Shown here piece by piece: positions 1-8,951 of a DNA stretch of 35,419 nt. The notes under the pieces were generated by a model that saw only the letters and a list, made by a program, of their open reading frames with translations, did no database searches and was not told the DNA's origin. A program made the translations under genes and the position numbers. Origin of the DNA: an uncultured virus (IMG/VR IMGVR_UViG_3300021142_000016) (Duplodnaviria; Heunggongvirae; Uroviricota; Caudoviricetes); IMG/VR virus record IMGVR_UViG_3300021142_000016. One strand, 5' to 3'. Within the stretch, counting starts at the first letter, position 1; each line of letters starts with the position of its first letter.

Positions 1-588
1 TGTGGTTGCAGATGTTCCTGTATGAGACATACCAAGTGCTCCTGCTACACCAGTTCCAACTGTTGCTACTGTTGCTGTTGCTTTTTTACTTGTAGCAATA
101 GATTTTGTAGGTTGAACTGGTACTGGATATTTAGGTCTTACAATTGCCATAACATAAAGATATGGACGATGTTCTCTATAACATCCTCCACCGTTTGCAG
201 CAGATTTTCCTGTTGAATCACTAGTATTAAAACCAATTGTAGTTAGTCCATCAGAACTTGCTGCTTCAACAATTTCTACGTGTTCGGCAACACCTGTTCC
301 CCATGAAAAGAAAACAAGATCACCAGGTTGCGCTTGGTATTTATTTACAACTAATCCTTGACGTTGAAACCAATTTAACCCTGCAGGACAATATGCAAAA
401 CCTTTTGGAGTTTGTGCTGCAACAAGATTTGATAATCCAACTTGCGCAAAACACCAACTAACTCCCATTGCACAATAACTTGCATTTGGTATACCATACC
501 AAATTCCATATGGATTTTCATTCATAGGTCCTTCAATAAAACCTATTTGACTACGTGCAACGTTTAATACATCAAGTGCCGTAGCCAT
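1..588 (-). CDS. CHAP-domain peptidoglycan hydrolase (endolysin-like), 3' end runs off window
   Basis: Not in ORF track. Hand translation from ATG at 588: MATALDVLNVARSQIGFIEGPMNENPYGIWYG...SYCAMGVSWCF...QPGDLVFFSW...AEHVEIVE...GFNT. CHAP Cys/His motifs present, followed by a Thr/Ala/Gly-rich linker. Confidence 0.85.
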   Translation of the reverse strand, partial: MATALDVLNVARSQIGFIEGPMNENPYGIWYGIPNASYCAMGVSWCFAQVGLSNLVAAQTPKGFAYCPAGLNWFQRQGLVVNKYQAQPGDLVFFSWGTGVAEHVEIVEAASSDGLTTIGFNTSDSTGKSAANGGGCYREHRPYLYVMAIVRPKYPVPVQPTKSIATSKKATATVATVGTGVAGALGMSHTGTSATT

Positions 589-590
589 TT

Positions 591-2180
591 TTAATTACCT
601 TCTTGTGAGCCTTCGCCTTTTGCGTTCCTTGCCGTTCCCATTTTATCTGGAGCGTTTAAAGTTCTATTTTGATCACGTGTTTTATTTCCGCTGGCATCAG
701 ATGCAGCATCTTGTGCAGCTTTTGGATTAATAATTAAAACAGCATCTCCGCCAGCAAGTGGTGCAAGACCCTTACGTGCGCGAACTTCGTTAGGAACAAT
801 AACTTGATCTTTAAGATAACGGTCATCAATTCTAGATTGTGTCTCTTCATCTGTAAGTGCAAGTTCGTTAAACTGAAGCTTAAATGCATCAGTAAATTCT
901 TTTACAATAAGATTAATTTTAAATTCAAGCTCTTCTTGTCTTGGACGACATACCTGCTCTTTAAATGTCTTATCTGCATCTTTAGCATTTGCCAATGACA
1001 CACCTTGTGGCATACCTATCTTTGATACTGGAACACGGTGAGCAATAAGAATACGGTCTCTGTTTTCTACAGCATAGTTCTTGAATGAAGAATCTTGAAC
1101 TCCCGCTTCAATTGGATCCATCTTAAACTCAACACGAGCATTATCACCATCTGATGGAAGGGGAATATAAAGAGTTCTATGGTTTCTGCCTTTAAGTCCT
1201 GTTTGAAAGAATTCAAGCAATTTGCGCTCTGAATCAGCGGTAAGCTTTGCGCCTTTTACTGTAATAATATATCTAGGGACAGCTTTGTTTTCAAAGTAAT
1301 CTAGATTAAAGCGTTGAGCAAATTCATCACCAGCAAGGGCGTTCTTTGCAGAAAGAATATCTGGAATACCATAGTATGTATTTGATGGAGTAAAAATTTT
1401 AAAGTGAATAACTTCATTTGGTTGTGGATCTGTTCCAATCTGGTCTGGTGTTTCTGTATCCCCAAAATTTCTAAAGAATGTGTATCGGTTATAAACAACT
1501 TGCACAAAACCATCACGGTGACGACGAATACGCATTGTAGTTGTTGGAATATGACCAATATAGCCAATCTTTCCAGTTGATGTGCGACCTATTTCAAGAT
1601 AAGCATTTCCAGTTGACTCCAGGTCAATGTAGAGCTTTTTCATTGTTTCAATAAATGAATCATCTGAGTTTAATGATTCAATATAGTCACGAAGTTCTTC
1701 TTTTGCCTGTTCAATTTTGCCACGCAACTTGTCAAGTTTTTTTGGAGTATCCATTACTGCTTCAATTTGCTGCGTAGTCTTCCATGTGTTTTCAAATCTA
1801 TATCCCAGCCCAACAACGTTGGCAGCTTTAGCATTTACGGCTGAGTGGTGGTATGGAGAAACATCATAAAGTTGTGCCAAGTAAAGCACGTTATATGGTG
1901 GTTGAACAATTTGAAATAGTGAATATCCTGTTAGGTCTAATGGGTCAAGTTTCTTTGACTTTGCATCGCCAACACCAGTAAATGACTTTTCAATTCTATT
2001 TGCTCTGCGTCTAAAATTATCGCTAAGCCCTTCAACCTTTTTAATGTCATCCCATGTTTTATTAAATGGATCATCAAAAGTTTCTTCTGAATTTGTAATT
2101 AACTGGTAGTCTCTGTCTGATCTAATTTGAACTGTATCGTTCTCATCGTCATCAACAACTGTAGCTTTATGCGAGTCCAA
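591..2180 (-). CDS. Phage portal protein (PBSX/HK97-like)
   Basis: 529 aa; TGNAYLEI, EVIHFK...YYGIPD, YFENKAVP, ILIAHRVP...IG, PNEVRARKGLAPL are portal motifs; GGAGG RBS before TTG start. Confidence 0.92.
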   Translation of the reverse strand: MDSHKATVVDDDENDTVQIRSDRDYQLITNSEETFDDPFNKTWDDIKKVEGLSDNFRRRANRIEKSFTGVGDAKSKKLDPLDLTGYSLFQIVQPPYNVLYLAQLYDVSPYHHSAVNAKAANVVGLGYRFENTWKTTQQIEAVMDTPKKLDKLRGKIEQAKEELRDYIESLNSDDSFIETMKKLYIDLESTGNAYLEIGRTSTGKIGYIGHIPTTTMRIRRHRDGFVQVVYNRYTFFRNFGDTETPDQIGTDPQPNEVIHFKIFTPSNTYYGIPDILSAKNALAGDEFAQRFNLDYFENKAVPRYIITVKGAKLTADSERKLLEFFQTGLKGRNHRTLYIPLPSDGDNARVEFKMDPIEAGVQDSSFKNYAVENRDRILIAHRVPVSKIGMPQGVSLANAKDADKTFKEQVCRPRQEELEFKINLIVKEFTDAFKLQFNELALTDEETQSRIDDRYLKDQVIVPNEVRARKGLAPLAGGDAVLIINPKAAQDAASDASGNKTRDQNRTLNAPDKMGTARNAKGEGSQEGN

Positions 2181-2505
2181 GTTCTCTAGCCTCCTTGATA
2201 TATTCCATCATGGCAGGTAGATCTTGTGGATCTGGGACCATTCCCAAAGCTGCCCGTGATTTTTGTTCTTCTAACTCTTCATCTGAAACTGGTCTATGAC
2301 CAGCAAAAAATATTGGGTGTCCTTCTTCAAGACCGTAGTATTTAGCTAATTCTTTTAGCTTTTTAATCTGACGAATATCCCCACGCATTGATTGAACGGA
2401 CATATATGCCCCTTCTTCATCTCTAACCACGGAATCGTCTGGCATCTGCCAAACGTATATTCCCCAGTTTGCTTCATCTATCGGAGTTACTTTCATTTTT
2501 CCCAT
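2167..2505 (-). CDS. Hypothetical protein upstream of portal
   Basis: 112 aa ORF overlapping portal start; extended -10 directly upstream. Confidence 0.75.
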   Translation of the reverse strand: MGKMKVTPIDEANWGIYVWQMPDDSVVRDEEGAYMSVQSMRGDIRQIKKLKELAKYYGLEEGHPIFFAGHRPVSDEELEEQKSRAALGMVPDPQDLPAMMEYIKEARELGLA

Positions 2506-2511
2506 ATGCTT

Positions 2512-2520
2512 ATAATACCA
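2512..2520 (-). promoter_or_regulatory. Extended -10 promoter (TGG-TATTAT), leaderless start
   Basis: Minus strand TGGTATTAT-AAGCAT-ATG; ATG 6 nt after the -10 hexamer, no RBS. Confidence 0.55.
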
Positions 2521-2568
2521 TTCTATGACGTTAATTCGTAAATATCGTACACGCTACAACCATTTTTA

Positions 2569-3633
2569 CTAAAATGTGAATGCTTTAATACACTCTTTTT
2601 CATTTTTTTGAAGTCTTTCGTTGCTTGGGTCCATTTCCAGAGCTTTTTGTGAATACTCTAATGCCTTTTGATTTAACCCCAAATTAAAGGCTGCAACGCA
2701 TCCATAGTCGTATGCAGCATATCCCCAAGCATAATCCTCACATAAATAGTCTAGAGGCTTCTCGGAGGTTTCTATGGCTTTTTCTGAGTACTCTAGGCAT
2801 GACTTCCACATTTGATGATGATAATAAAGCTCTGCAAGATCCACTAGGGTCTCCCGCCTTTCAGGACTTTCTTCCAAAGCTGCCTTTAAAATCTTTTCTT
2901 TTTCGGTAAAAGTTTCTGATAGTTTTGCTAAATATCTTAAAGATGCAGCTCTTTCTGGTTTCCAAATTGCACTGGGCAAAATTAAATGTCTAACAAATTC
3001 TTCTTTTGCTTTATCATAAATTCCATAAAAATAAAGCTCTCTTGCATAATAAAAAGCAATTCTGTCGTTGTAAGGATCTTCTACGGCTGCATGAGATAAA
3101 AGCGATAGATATTGACCTCTAGATTTATTATTATCTGGGTGATGTTCAATTATTAAGCCAGACACTACTTGCTTTGATTCTATACGGTCTGCATATAGTG
3201 TTTCATGAACTGGGTGCTTCCACCTATACCCGTTTCTTGCATGTATTTTATCTCCATGAAAAACTGTTCCTGGAGATCCATCTTCATTCCAATTCCACAC
3301 GTAGTTATATCTAATTTGTGTTGCACCTTGCTCAAAAGCTTTTTCTATCTCTTGTCTCCAACCAGGAAGCAATACCTCATCCATGTCTAAGGAGACGCAA
3401 ATATCAATATCATGAGGTAGTACCGCTAAAGCAGCATTACGTGCGTCATCAAATCTCCAGGGTTTAATCGTAATTGGAACAACTCTAATGCCCAAAGATA
3501 TAGCTTTTGCAACAGTTGAATCTTGGGATCCCGTGTCCGCTATAAGCAAGTAATCTGCTTCTTTTGCAGACTCATACCATTTTTCAACAAATTGTTCTTC
3601 ATTTAATGCAATTGTATAAACTGCTATTTTCAC
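2569..3633 (-). CDS. Glycosyltransferase family 2 with C-terminal TPR repeats
   Basis: IALNEE, IADTGSQD, FDDARNAAL, SLDMDE (DxD), WKHPVHE; helical TPR-like C-terminus. Confidence 0.9.
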   Translation of the reverse strand: MKIAVYTIALNEEQFVEKWYESAKEADYLLIADTGSQDSTVAKAISLGIRVVPITIKPWRFDDARNAALAVLPHDIDICVSLDMDEVLLPGWRQEIEKAFEQGATQIRYNYVWNWNEDGSPGTVFHGDKIHARNGYRWKHPVHETLYADRIESKQVVSGLIIEHHPDNNKSRGQYLSLLSHAAVEDPYNDRIAFYYARELYFYGIYDKAKEEFVRHLILPSAIWKPERAASLRYLAKLSETFTEKEKILKAALEESPERRETLVDLAELYYHHQMWKSCLEYSEKAIETSEKPLDYLCEDYAWGYAAYDYGCVAAFNLGLNQKALEYSQKALEMDPSNERLQKNEKECIKAFTF

Positions 3634-4229
3634 AATGCGTCCTCAAAAAAATCTGATAGCGTTTCTTTGTGTTCTTTTGGTTCAAAATCAACCCAGGATA
3701 AGTGAGCCCTGATTTCATTTTCTGATAATTTTTTAGGGAAAAGAGCAAGGTCAAAAACATTATCAACTATAAAATGCTCTCCTACATCACTAAAAAGAAA
3801 TGAATCTGGCAGTGTAACCTTTTCTCCTGGGACTCCATTTACATAAACCTGCATAGTTCTTTGATCATAAACGCAGCAGACGTTTGTTCTATTATCTGAC
3901 AATTCAATTGTTTTAAAAGCAGTGTAATTATCTATCTCAAAATAAAAACAATTTTCTTTTAAAAATATTCTGACTACTTGACCGCCTGCAGCACCCTCCA
4001 TAACAATAAATGATTTTTTTTCACTTTTTGTGTCCAACCAAAACTCTACTGTAAAAGTACAATTTTCAAAGCCCATATCAAAAAATGAATAAACATTTTT
4101 AATCATTGCGCCATGCTCGTGCTTTCTAGCTGGGAACACGTTAAGTATGCGATTATAATAGTCTTCATTTTCTAAACGCCAATAACCAGCAGGGTAATCT
4201 AAAATTACCCTAGACATTAAACCATCCAT
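3630..4229 (-). CDS. Concanavalin A/LamG-like domain protein
   Basis: DYPAGYWRLE, FTVEFW, VCCVYD...QVYVNG, ALF..KLS..EIRAH pattern. Confidence 0.6.
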   Translation of the reverse strand: MDGLMSRVILDYPAGYWRLENEDYYNRILNVFPARKHEHGAMIKNVYSFFDMGFENCTFTVEFWLDTKSEKKSFIVMEGAAGGQVVRIFLKENCFYFEIDNYTAFKTIELSDNRTNVCCVYDQRTMQVYVNGVPGEKVTLPDSFLFSDVGEHFIVDNVFDLALFPKKLSENEIRAHLSWVDFEPKEHKETLSDFFEDAL

Positions 4230-4233
4230 TATT

Positions 4234-4869
4234 TTAACTTCCTACGTATTTTGTATATGAAAGACCTATTGTTGTTCCCGCCGAAACTGTAGTGTTTGGG
4301 GCAATAGATTGAATTTGAACAATTTGATCAAATGATTGTTTAATTGTTGGAATATAAGGCAACAAAGTAACAGTTAAGTTTGCAGCAGAAAGTGTTGCTG
4401 TAGCAGTTGTTAAAGATTCTCCGATAACGTATGGAACGACTGTACTATTTGCAAGATATTGATATGTTAATAAAAGAACAGAATTGGTTGGTTGATTACC
4501 AGCTGGAGGAGTTTGAGCAAAAACATAACCTCCCTGAGCATTATATTGTTGATATACTGGGTTATTTGTAATCTGATATTGGAAAGAGTAATTTAATCCA
4601 ATCGCGCCAAGTTGAACTATTGCTTGGTTTGCGGACTGATTTGTTACATTTGGGATTGAATTATAATTAATAACATTTGACGGAGGGGTATATGGCAATT
4701 CATTAGGACTAATCTCTCCAATTACATTTTGATATGGATTTGTTGAATACCCACCATAATGACCAACTTTACTAACATTTACACCGATCACATTTAAAAT
4801 TGGGATTGTTATTGTGGCAAGCGTTGTTGGGCTATAAGTACCTAATCTACCAACCCTATTTACACCCAT
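4234..4869 (-). CDS. Tandem PASTA-domain protein, paralogue of the N-terminus of 6804-8612
   Basis: IPNVTNQSANQAIVQL...VFAQTPPAG and VPYVIGESLTTATATLSAANL...QSIAPNTTVSAGTTIGL; start taken at ATG 4869 (TAATG overlap). Confidence 0.7.
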   Translation of the reverse strand: MGVNRVGRLGTYSPTTLATITIPILNVIGVNVSKVGHYGGYSTNPYQNVIGEISPNELPYTPPSNVINYNSIPNVTNQSANQAIVQLGAIGLNYSFQYQITNNPVYQQYNAQGGYVFAQTPPAGNQPTNSVLLLTYQYLANSTVVPYVIGESLTTATATLSAANLTVTLLPYIPTIKQSFDQIVQIQSIAPNTTVSAGTTIGLSYTKYVGS

Positions 4870-5591
4870 TATGTGAACCGTTTCCTTTCCCAATAGTTAT
4901 CTTTATAAACATTTAAAAAAGATGAGTTAATTGTTTGTGCTTCTTTTTCAAATCTTTCTGCTGGCTCATCAAAAATTTCATGAGACCATTCTTCTCTTTT
5001 AAATGGCATTACCAATGCTATTGGAGTACCTTTTTTTATAATGCCTTGATATCCTTTTTTTAACTCAAAAGGCAAAGCACCCGCTGCAAGAAGGTTATCT
5101 GAATCTACAATACCAGGTAAGGTATAAAATGGCAAGTCTTGCCTATGATGTGGATGTGTTACTAATATGCTGTAACCTGGCGGGGTTTCTATCATATAAG
5201 ATGGCAGCCACCTTAATGATTCTTTAATATAATTATCACTTTTTGGATAAGACCCCATTTGATCTTTGGTATGAATTGATATTAAATCTAAAGTTGGGTT
5301 TCTCCATTTGTAAACTACATTTTCACCCGTTGTATCAAAATATATGTCTACTGGAGATAATAAATAGTAGCCAGAAGACAGTGTATCAAAAATACTTATG
5401 CATTTCTTTGCAGTAACATGTTGATTATGCCCACCACCGTTTTCTTCTGGGCCAGAAAATAAATTTTTATTATTATTTATATATACAGACATTTCTTTAT
5501 ACCAGTCTGGTAACATTTTTTCAGCTGGTATTGGAGGTGGAGCAAATAAAGACATTTGGTGTGTTAATGGATAAAATTTTATCTTATTCAC
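4869..5591 (-). CDS. Conserved phage protein, possible dUTPase-like beta fold
   Basis: LPDWYK, KKC..IFD..SSGY, LPGIVDSD, IIKKGTPIALVMPFKRE; fold assignment is inference. Confidence 0.55.
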   Translation of the reverse strand: MNKIKFYPLTHQMSLFAPPPIPAEKMLPDWYKEMSVYINNNKNLFSGPEENGGGHNQHVTAKKCISIFDTLSSGYYLLSPVDIYFDTTGENVVYKWRNPTLDLISIHTKDQMGSYPKSDNYIKESLRWLPSYMIETPPGYSILVTHPHHRQDLPFYTLPGIVDSDNLLAAGALPFELKKGYQGIIKKGTPIALVMPFKREEWSHEIFDEPAERFEKEAQTINSSFLNVYKDNYWERKRFT

Positions 5592-6193
5592 ATATTCCTC
5601 ATGCTTCCGCCTTTAAGCATTTCTTGATAAAACCCATAAGGTTTTGTAAAAAACCAATGGTCTGGCTCGGCGTAGTGCAAGAATGTCATTTCAACAATAT
5701 TATTTTCTTTATCTGGAAATTCATCTCTCCAGTGCAATTGGTCTTCCCCATAAAAACAAAGAGCTTCATTTGGCTTAAGAGAATAGCCAACATTTTCAAC
5801 AAATAATGGCCAATCTGTTATTGACGATACACATACATCAAGTGTGTAGGTGCAAGCATTTGAATCTCTGTGTCTATGAAGGTTTGATCTATACCCTTGA
5901 TATCTTGAAAACAAACCATATGTTGGTAGCAAAGTTTTACTTTTAAAAACTTCTCTTGCAGCTTCTAGACCTTCATTTAACATTCTTTCTACAACAAAAT
6001 TTGCAGCTTGTGGTTTTAAAAGGTACCTGCCAAAATTTCTTTGATAATCAAAGTCTTCTTTTGTTATAGACGCAACATCTTGTAATACTTCCGACCAAAA
6101 TGTTTCATTAAACAAATTTGATTTAATAACTGGCTCATTAACTTGTGGTCTTGTGCCCATAAACTCCATAGGTGCTATATACTCATAGTTCAT
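5588..6193 (-). CDS. 2OG-Fe(II) oxygenase-like protein
   Basis: HxD in LHRHRDSNAC; distal His in QLHWR; FLHY. Confidence 0.75.
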   Translation of the reverse strand: MNYEYIAPMEFMGTRPQVNEPVIKSNLFNETFWSEVLQDVASITKEDFDYQRNFGRYLLKPQAANFVVERMLNEGLEAAREVFKSKTLLPTYGLFSRYQGYRSNLHRHRDSNACTYTLDVCVSSITDWPLFVENVGYSLKPNEALCFYGEDQLHWRDEFPDKENNIVEMTFLHYAEPDHWFFTKPYGFYQEMLKGGSMRNM

Positions 6194-6792
6194 AGCTTAT
6201 CTATCCAATTTACTATTGCATATTTTGTTCCAGACTTTACTGGGTGAGCAATATGCTGATAAATATAATTTGAAGGAAAAAATATCATAGAGTTAGCTGG
6301 TGGCTTTAAATTATAATCAAAGTGTGGGAATTCTATGTTTCCACCTTCATAATCATCATTTAAATACATCACAAAAGAAACTAATCTATTAAGTCCCCGA
6401 CCATCATCTGCATGTTGCTTATATTCTTGACCTTCTTGATACCTTAAAGCAATCATTGAAGTTGGAATTTCTTGTGTTTCTGGATTATATTTTTCTTTAT
6501 AAGTATTAAGACCTTGACTTACTTTTTCTATAATACCTAGGCATGTGGTGCCTGCTTTATTCATATAATGGTTTGAAGTATTTTGCCAAGAAGAATCTAG
6601 GATTAAATTAGAATTTGTTCTGCCTTCAGAGACAGTTAAATCTTCTTTTTTTGCCCCAGTGATGGCTCTTTTCCAAAATACAACCTTTGCTGGATCAGTA
6701 GTGATTTCTTCAATATCAGATATTACTTTGTTATAATCATCCCAAACGTCTGTAAATAACATTATGCCTGGGGCTACAATGCTTGAATTCAT
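6190..6792 (-). CDS. Prolyl 4-hydroxylase-like 2OG-Fe(II) oxygenase
   Basis: LRYQEGQEYKQHAD, SFVMYLNDDYEGG.IEF, FFPSN..YQH...PVKSGTKY. Confidence 0.88.
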   Translation of the reverse strand: MNSSIVAPGIMLFTDVWDDYNKVISDIEEITTDPAKVVFWKRAITGAKKEDLTVSEGRTNSNLILDSSWQNTSNHYMNKAGTTCLGIIEKVSQGLNTYKEKYNPETQEIPTSMIALRYQEGQEYKQHADDGRGLNRLVSFVMYLNDDYEGGNIEFPHFDYNLKPPANSMIFFPSNYIYQHIAHPVKSGTKYAIVNWIDKL

Positions 6793-6803
6793 ATTTTTCC
6801 TTA

Positions 6804-8612
6804 CTATTTGTTGTGAACTAAAATATTGTTTGCAAAGAACATGTCATAAGGTGAAGTTTGAATAATTTTAACATTAAACAAAACATCTCCATTTAACTTA
6901 ATGTCTGTAATTGGTACCCAGTCCTTTAACTCTGAGTCAAATATGTGATCTCCAATTACTAGACCTTGAGCCCTTGTATAATAATATTTTCCATCTTGTA
7001 TATCTTTTGTTATAAAAGGCTGAGTTGCCGTTGTTTTAATTTTACCATTAAAAATGTACTGAGCTTGATCTTCATACTCCCACATTTGAACAACAGTTGT
7101 TTCTACAATTTCTTCAAACGTTAAAGTATCTGAACTCCAAGTATCAATAATTAAATTGGCATTTGGATCATTTGGATCAATTTCTGCAAATTTAACAGAC
7201 ATAACAACATCACCAACTTTAAGGTCTTTTATCGGAACATATCCATTTGGTGTATTGATTGGAGTATCAATATCTAGGCAATAGCCTCCTGGATTTTGAG
7301 CAGTTGGAGGTGGCCCAGGATTACTACCGTAGTAGTAGTTTGACCAAGGTGCGTTTGGCGGACCGCTTGGCGGTGCTGTTGGCGGTGCTGTTGGCGGACC
7401 GCTTGGCGGTGCTGTTGGCGGTGCTGATGAATACGGTGCTGTTGGCGGACCGTATCCGCTAGGTGGACCTGAAGGAGGACCGCTAGGTGGACCTGAAGGA
7501 GGACCGCTAGGTGGGCCTGAAGGCGGTGCTTGAACTTGCAGCGATGCAATAGTAGCTGTTACGGCGGGGAGCACTGGAACTGAACCATTATAAATCTGAA
7601 CACTTACAGTTTGTCCTGCATAATTTGTTACGTTAATATTAGCATTTGTTCCTGGATTTGGGGACAAATTAACACCATTAATAGCAACGTTAGTAATTGA
7701 TTCAATAAATGTACCATTAATTGTAACATATGCATTTGATGTTGTGCTTGATGTTGAATATGTTCCAGTAACTGAAGATTGTTGACTTGGTGATTGCCCA
7801 CCACCACCACCTCCGCCTGACGGAGAATTTGAATAACCAGTAATACTTACAGTTCCACTATTTGAATAACCATTTTCTTGTGCATATACACTCAAATATG
7901 AACTTCCGCCCAGTGAAAGTCCAGTTACTGATATGTTTGCACCACTGATAGCTGCTGAACCTGAGGTTGCTGTTACAATGTAAGTTTGATTTGGATCATA
8001 GTTTGTAATTGATAAAGTAAAACCACTGTTATTTGAAGTTGGAGATGATAATACTGGTGTAGGCAAAACTGCAACATAAGAATAATATGCATAGCCAATA
8101 GCAGTTCCCGCTGTTGCTTGAGATCCCGCTGCGTGGTCTTGAGATGTAATAATTTGATCGTTTGCTTGATTTGATGTCAATATTGCATTTAATGCTGTTC
8201 CATTAAGTCCCGCTGCGGTAAGCAATGTAATTGCATTAGCAATAGTTTGACCAACAATATTGGGGACAGTTACTGATCCACTTACATATTTGTAAAGAGT
8301 TAAAACAACAGCATTTGTTGTTTGGTTACCTGCAGGAGGGGTTTGAGAATAAACATATCCACCTTGCGATGCATATTGCTGGTATGTAGAATTTGTAGTT
8401 ATTTGATTTACTGTTGTGTAAGATATGTTTGCTTGAGTTAATGCAACAATTGCCTGATTATAACTTAAACCTTGAACTTGTGGAATTGCATATGTATAAA
8501 CTATATTAGATGGAGGAACATATGCAGCTTGATTTGATGATATTTTACCGAATCTGTTGCCAAAAAAGTTGACTAAATAGCCTGCGTAATGCCCAATTTT
8601 AGATACTGCCAC
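6804..8612 (-). CDS. Virion-type protein: 2x PASTA, Ser/Thr/Gly beta region, Pro-rich stalk, C-terminal Hint domain
   Basis: VPNIVGQTIANAITLLTAAGL PASTA; PPSG/PPTA repeats; Hint CLDIDTPI...IKDLKVGDVV...FFANNILVHNK*. Start probably GTG 8612 (track gives 8645). Confidence 0.85.
   Translation of the reverse strand: MAVSKIGHYAGYLVNFFGNRFGKISSNQAAYVPPSNIVYTYAIPQVQGLSYNQAIVALTQANISYTTVNQITTNSTYQQYASQGGYVYSQTPPAGNQTTNAVVLTLYKYVSGSVTVPNIVGQTIANAITLLTAAGLNGTALNAILTSNQANDQIITSQDHAAGSQATAGTAIGYAYYSYVAVLPTPVLSSPTSNNSGFTLSITNYDPNQTYIVTATSGSAAISGANISVTGLSLGGSSYLSVYAQENGYSNSGTVSITGYSNSPSGGGGGGGQSPSQQSSVTGTYSTSSTTSNAYVTINGTFIESITNVAINGVNLSPNPGTNANINVTNYAGQTVSVQIYNGSVPVLPAVTATIASLQVQAPPSGPPSGPPSGPPSGPPSGPPSGYGPPTAPYSSAPPTAPPSGPPTAPPTAPPSGPPNAPWSNYYYGSNPGPPPTAQNPGGYCLDIDTPINTPNGYVPIKDLKVGDVVMSVKFAEIDPNDPNANLIIDTWSSDTLTFEEIVETTVVQMWEYEDQAQYIFNGKIKTTATQPFITKDIQDGKYYYTRAQGLVIGDHIFDSELKDWVPITDIKLNGDVLFNVKIIQTSPYDMFFANNILVHNK
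7357..7530 (-). repeat. Imperfect 12-nt tandem repeats encoding PPSG/PPTA tetrapeptides
   Basis: Plus-strand units GGCGGTGCTGTT, GGCGGACCGCTT, GGTGGACCTGAA, GGAGGACCGCTA. Confidence 0.9.
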
Positions 8613-8613
8613 T

Positions 8614-8940
8614 TCACTGCACCAATACTCCAGATATTGAGACATTAATAAAGCTATTTACGTTGGCATAACCATAAATAGATTCTCCAGGGTTAGCCAC
8701 CTGAGACATGTCTAGAATAACGGTTGTATTACCGTCAATTTGAATATCACCTAAGATTTTATATTGGTCTGCATATGAAGATCCGTTTGGAACCAGCCAC
8801 ATGCTAAAAGAAAGCAAACCATTTGAAATATTACTAATTAAAACTTCCTTCATAATTGCAGTAGAAGGAAAAGTATATAGTGGTGTTGGTGTTGCAGTTA
8901 ATAGGGTAGGACCCACAAATCTAGTTGGAGCGTATGCCAT
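8614..8940 (-). CDS. Small virion protein, paralogue of 13223-13543
   Basis: P.RF..P...LYT.PS...I.N...ISGV pattern shared between the two. Confidence 0.7.
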   Translation of the reverse strand: MAYAPTRFVGPTLLTATPTPLYTFPSTAIMKEVLISNISNGLLSFSMWLVPNGSSYADQYKILGDIQIDGNTTVILDMSQVANPGESIYGYANVNSFINVSISGVLVQ

Positions 8941-8951
8941 TTTTTATCCTT

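Noticed and set aside
22..461. Plus-strand ORFs 22-216 and 258-461
   Set aside because: Antisense shadows of the CHAP gene
7357..7530. Possible CRISPR array
   Set aside because: Contiguous 12-nt coding repeats with no unique spacers and no cas genes
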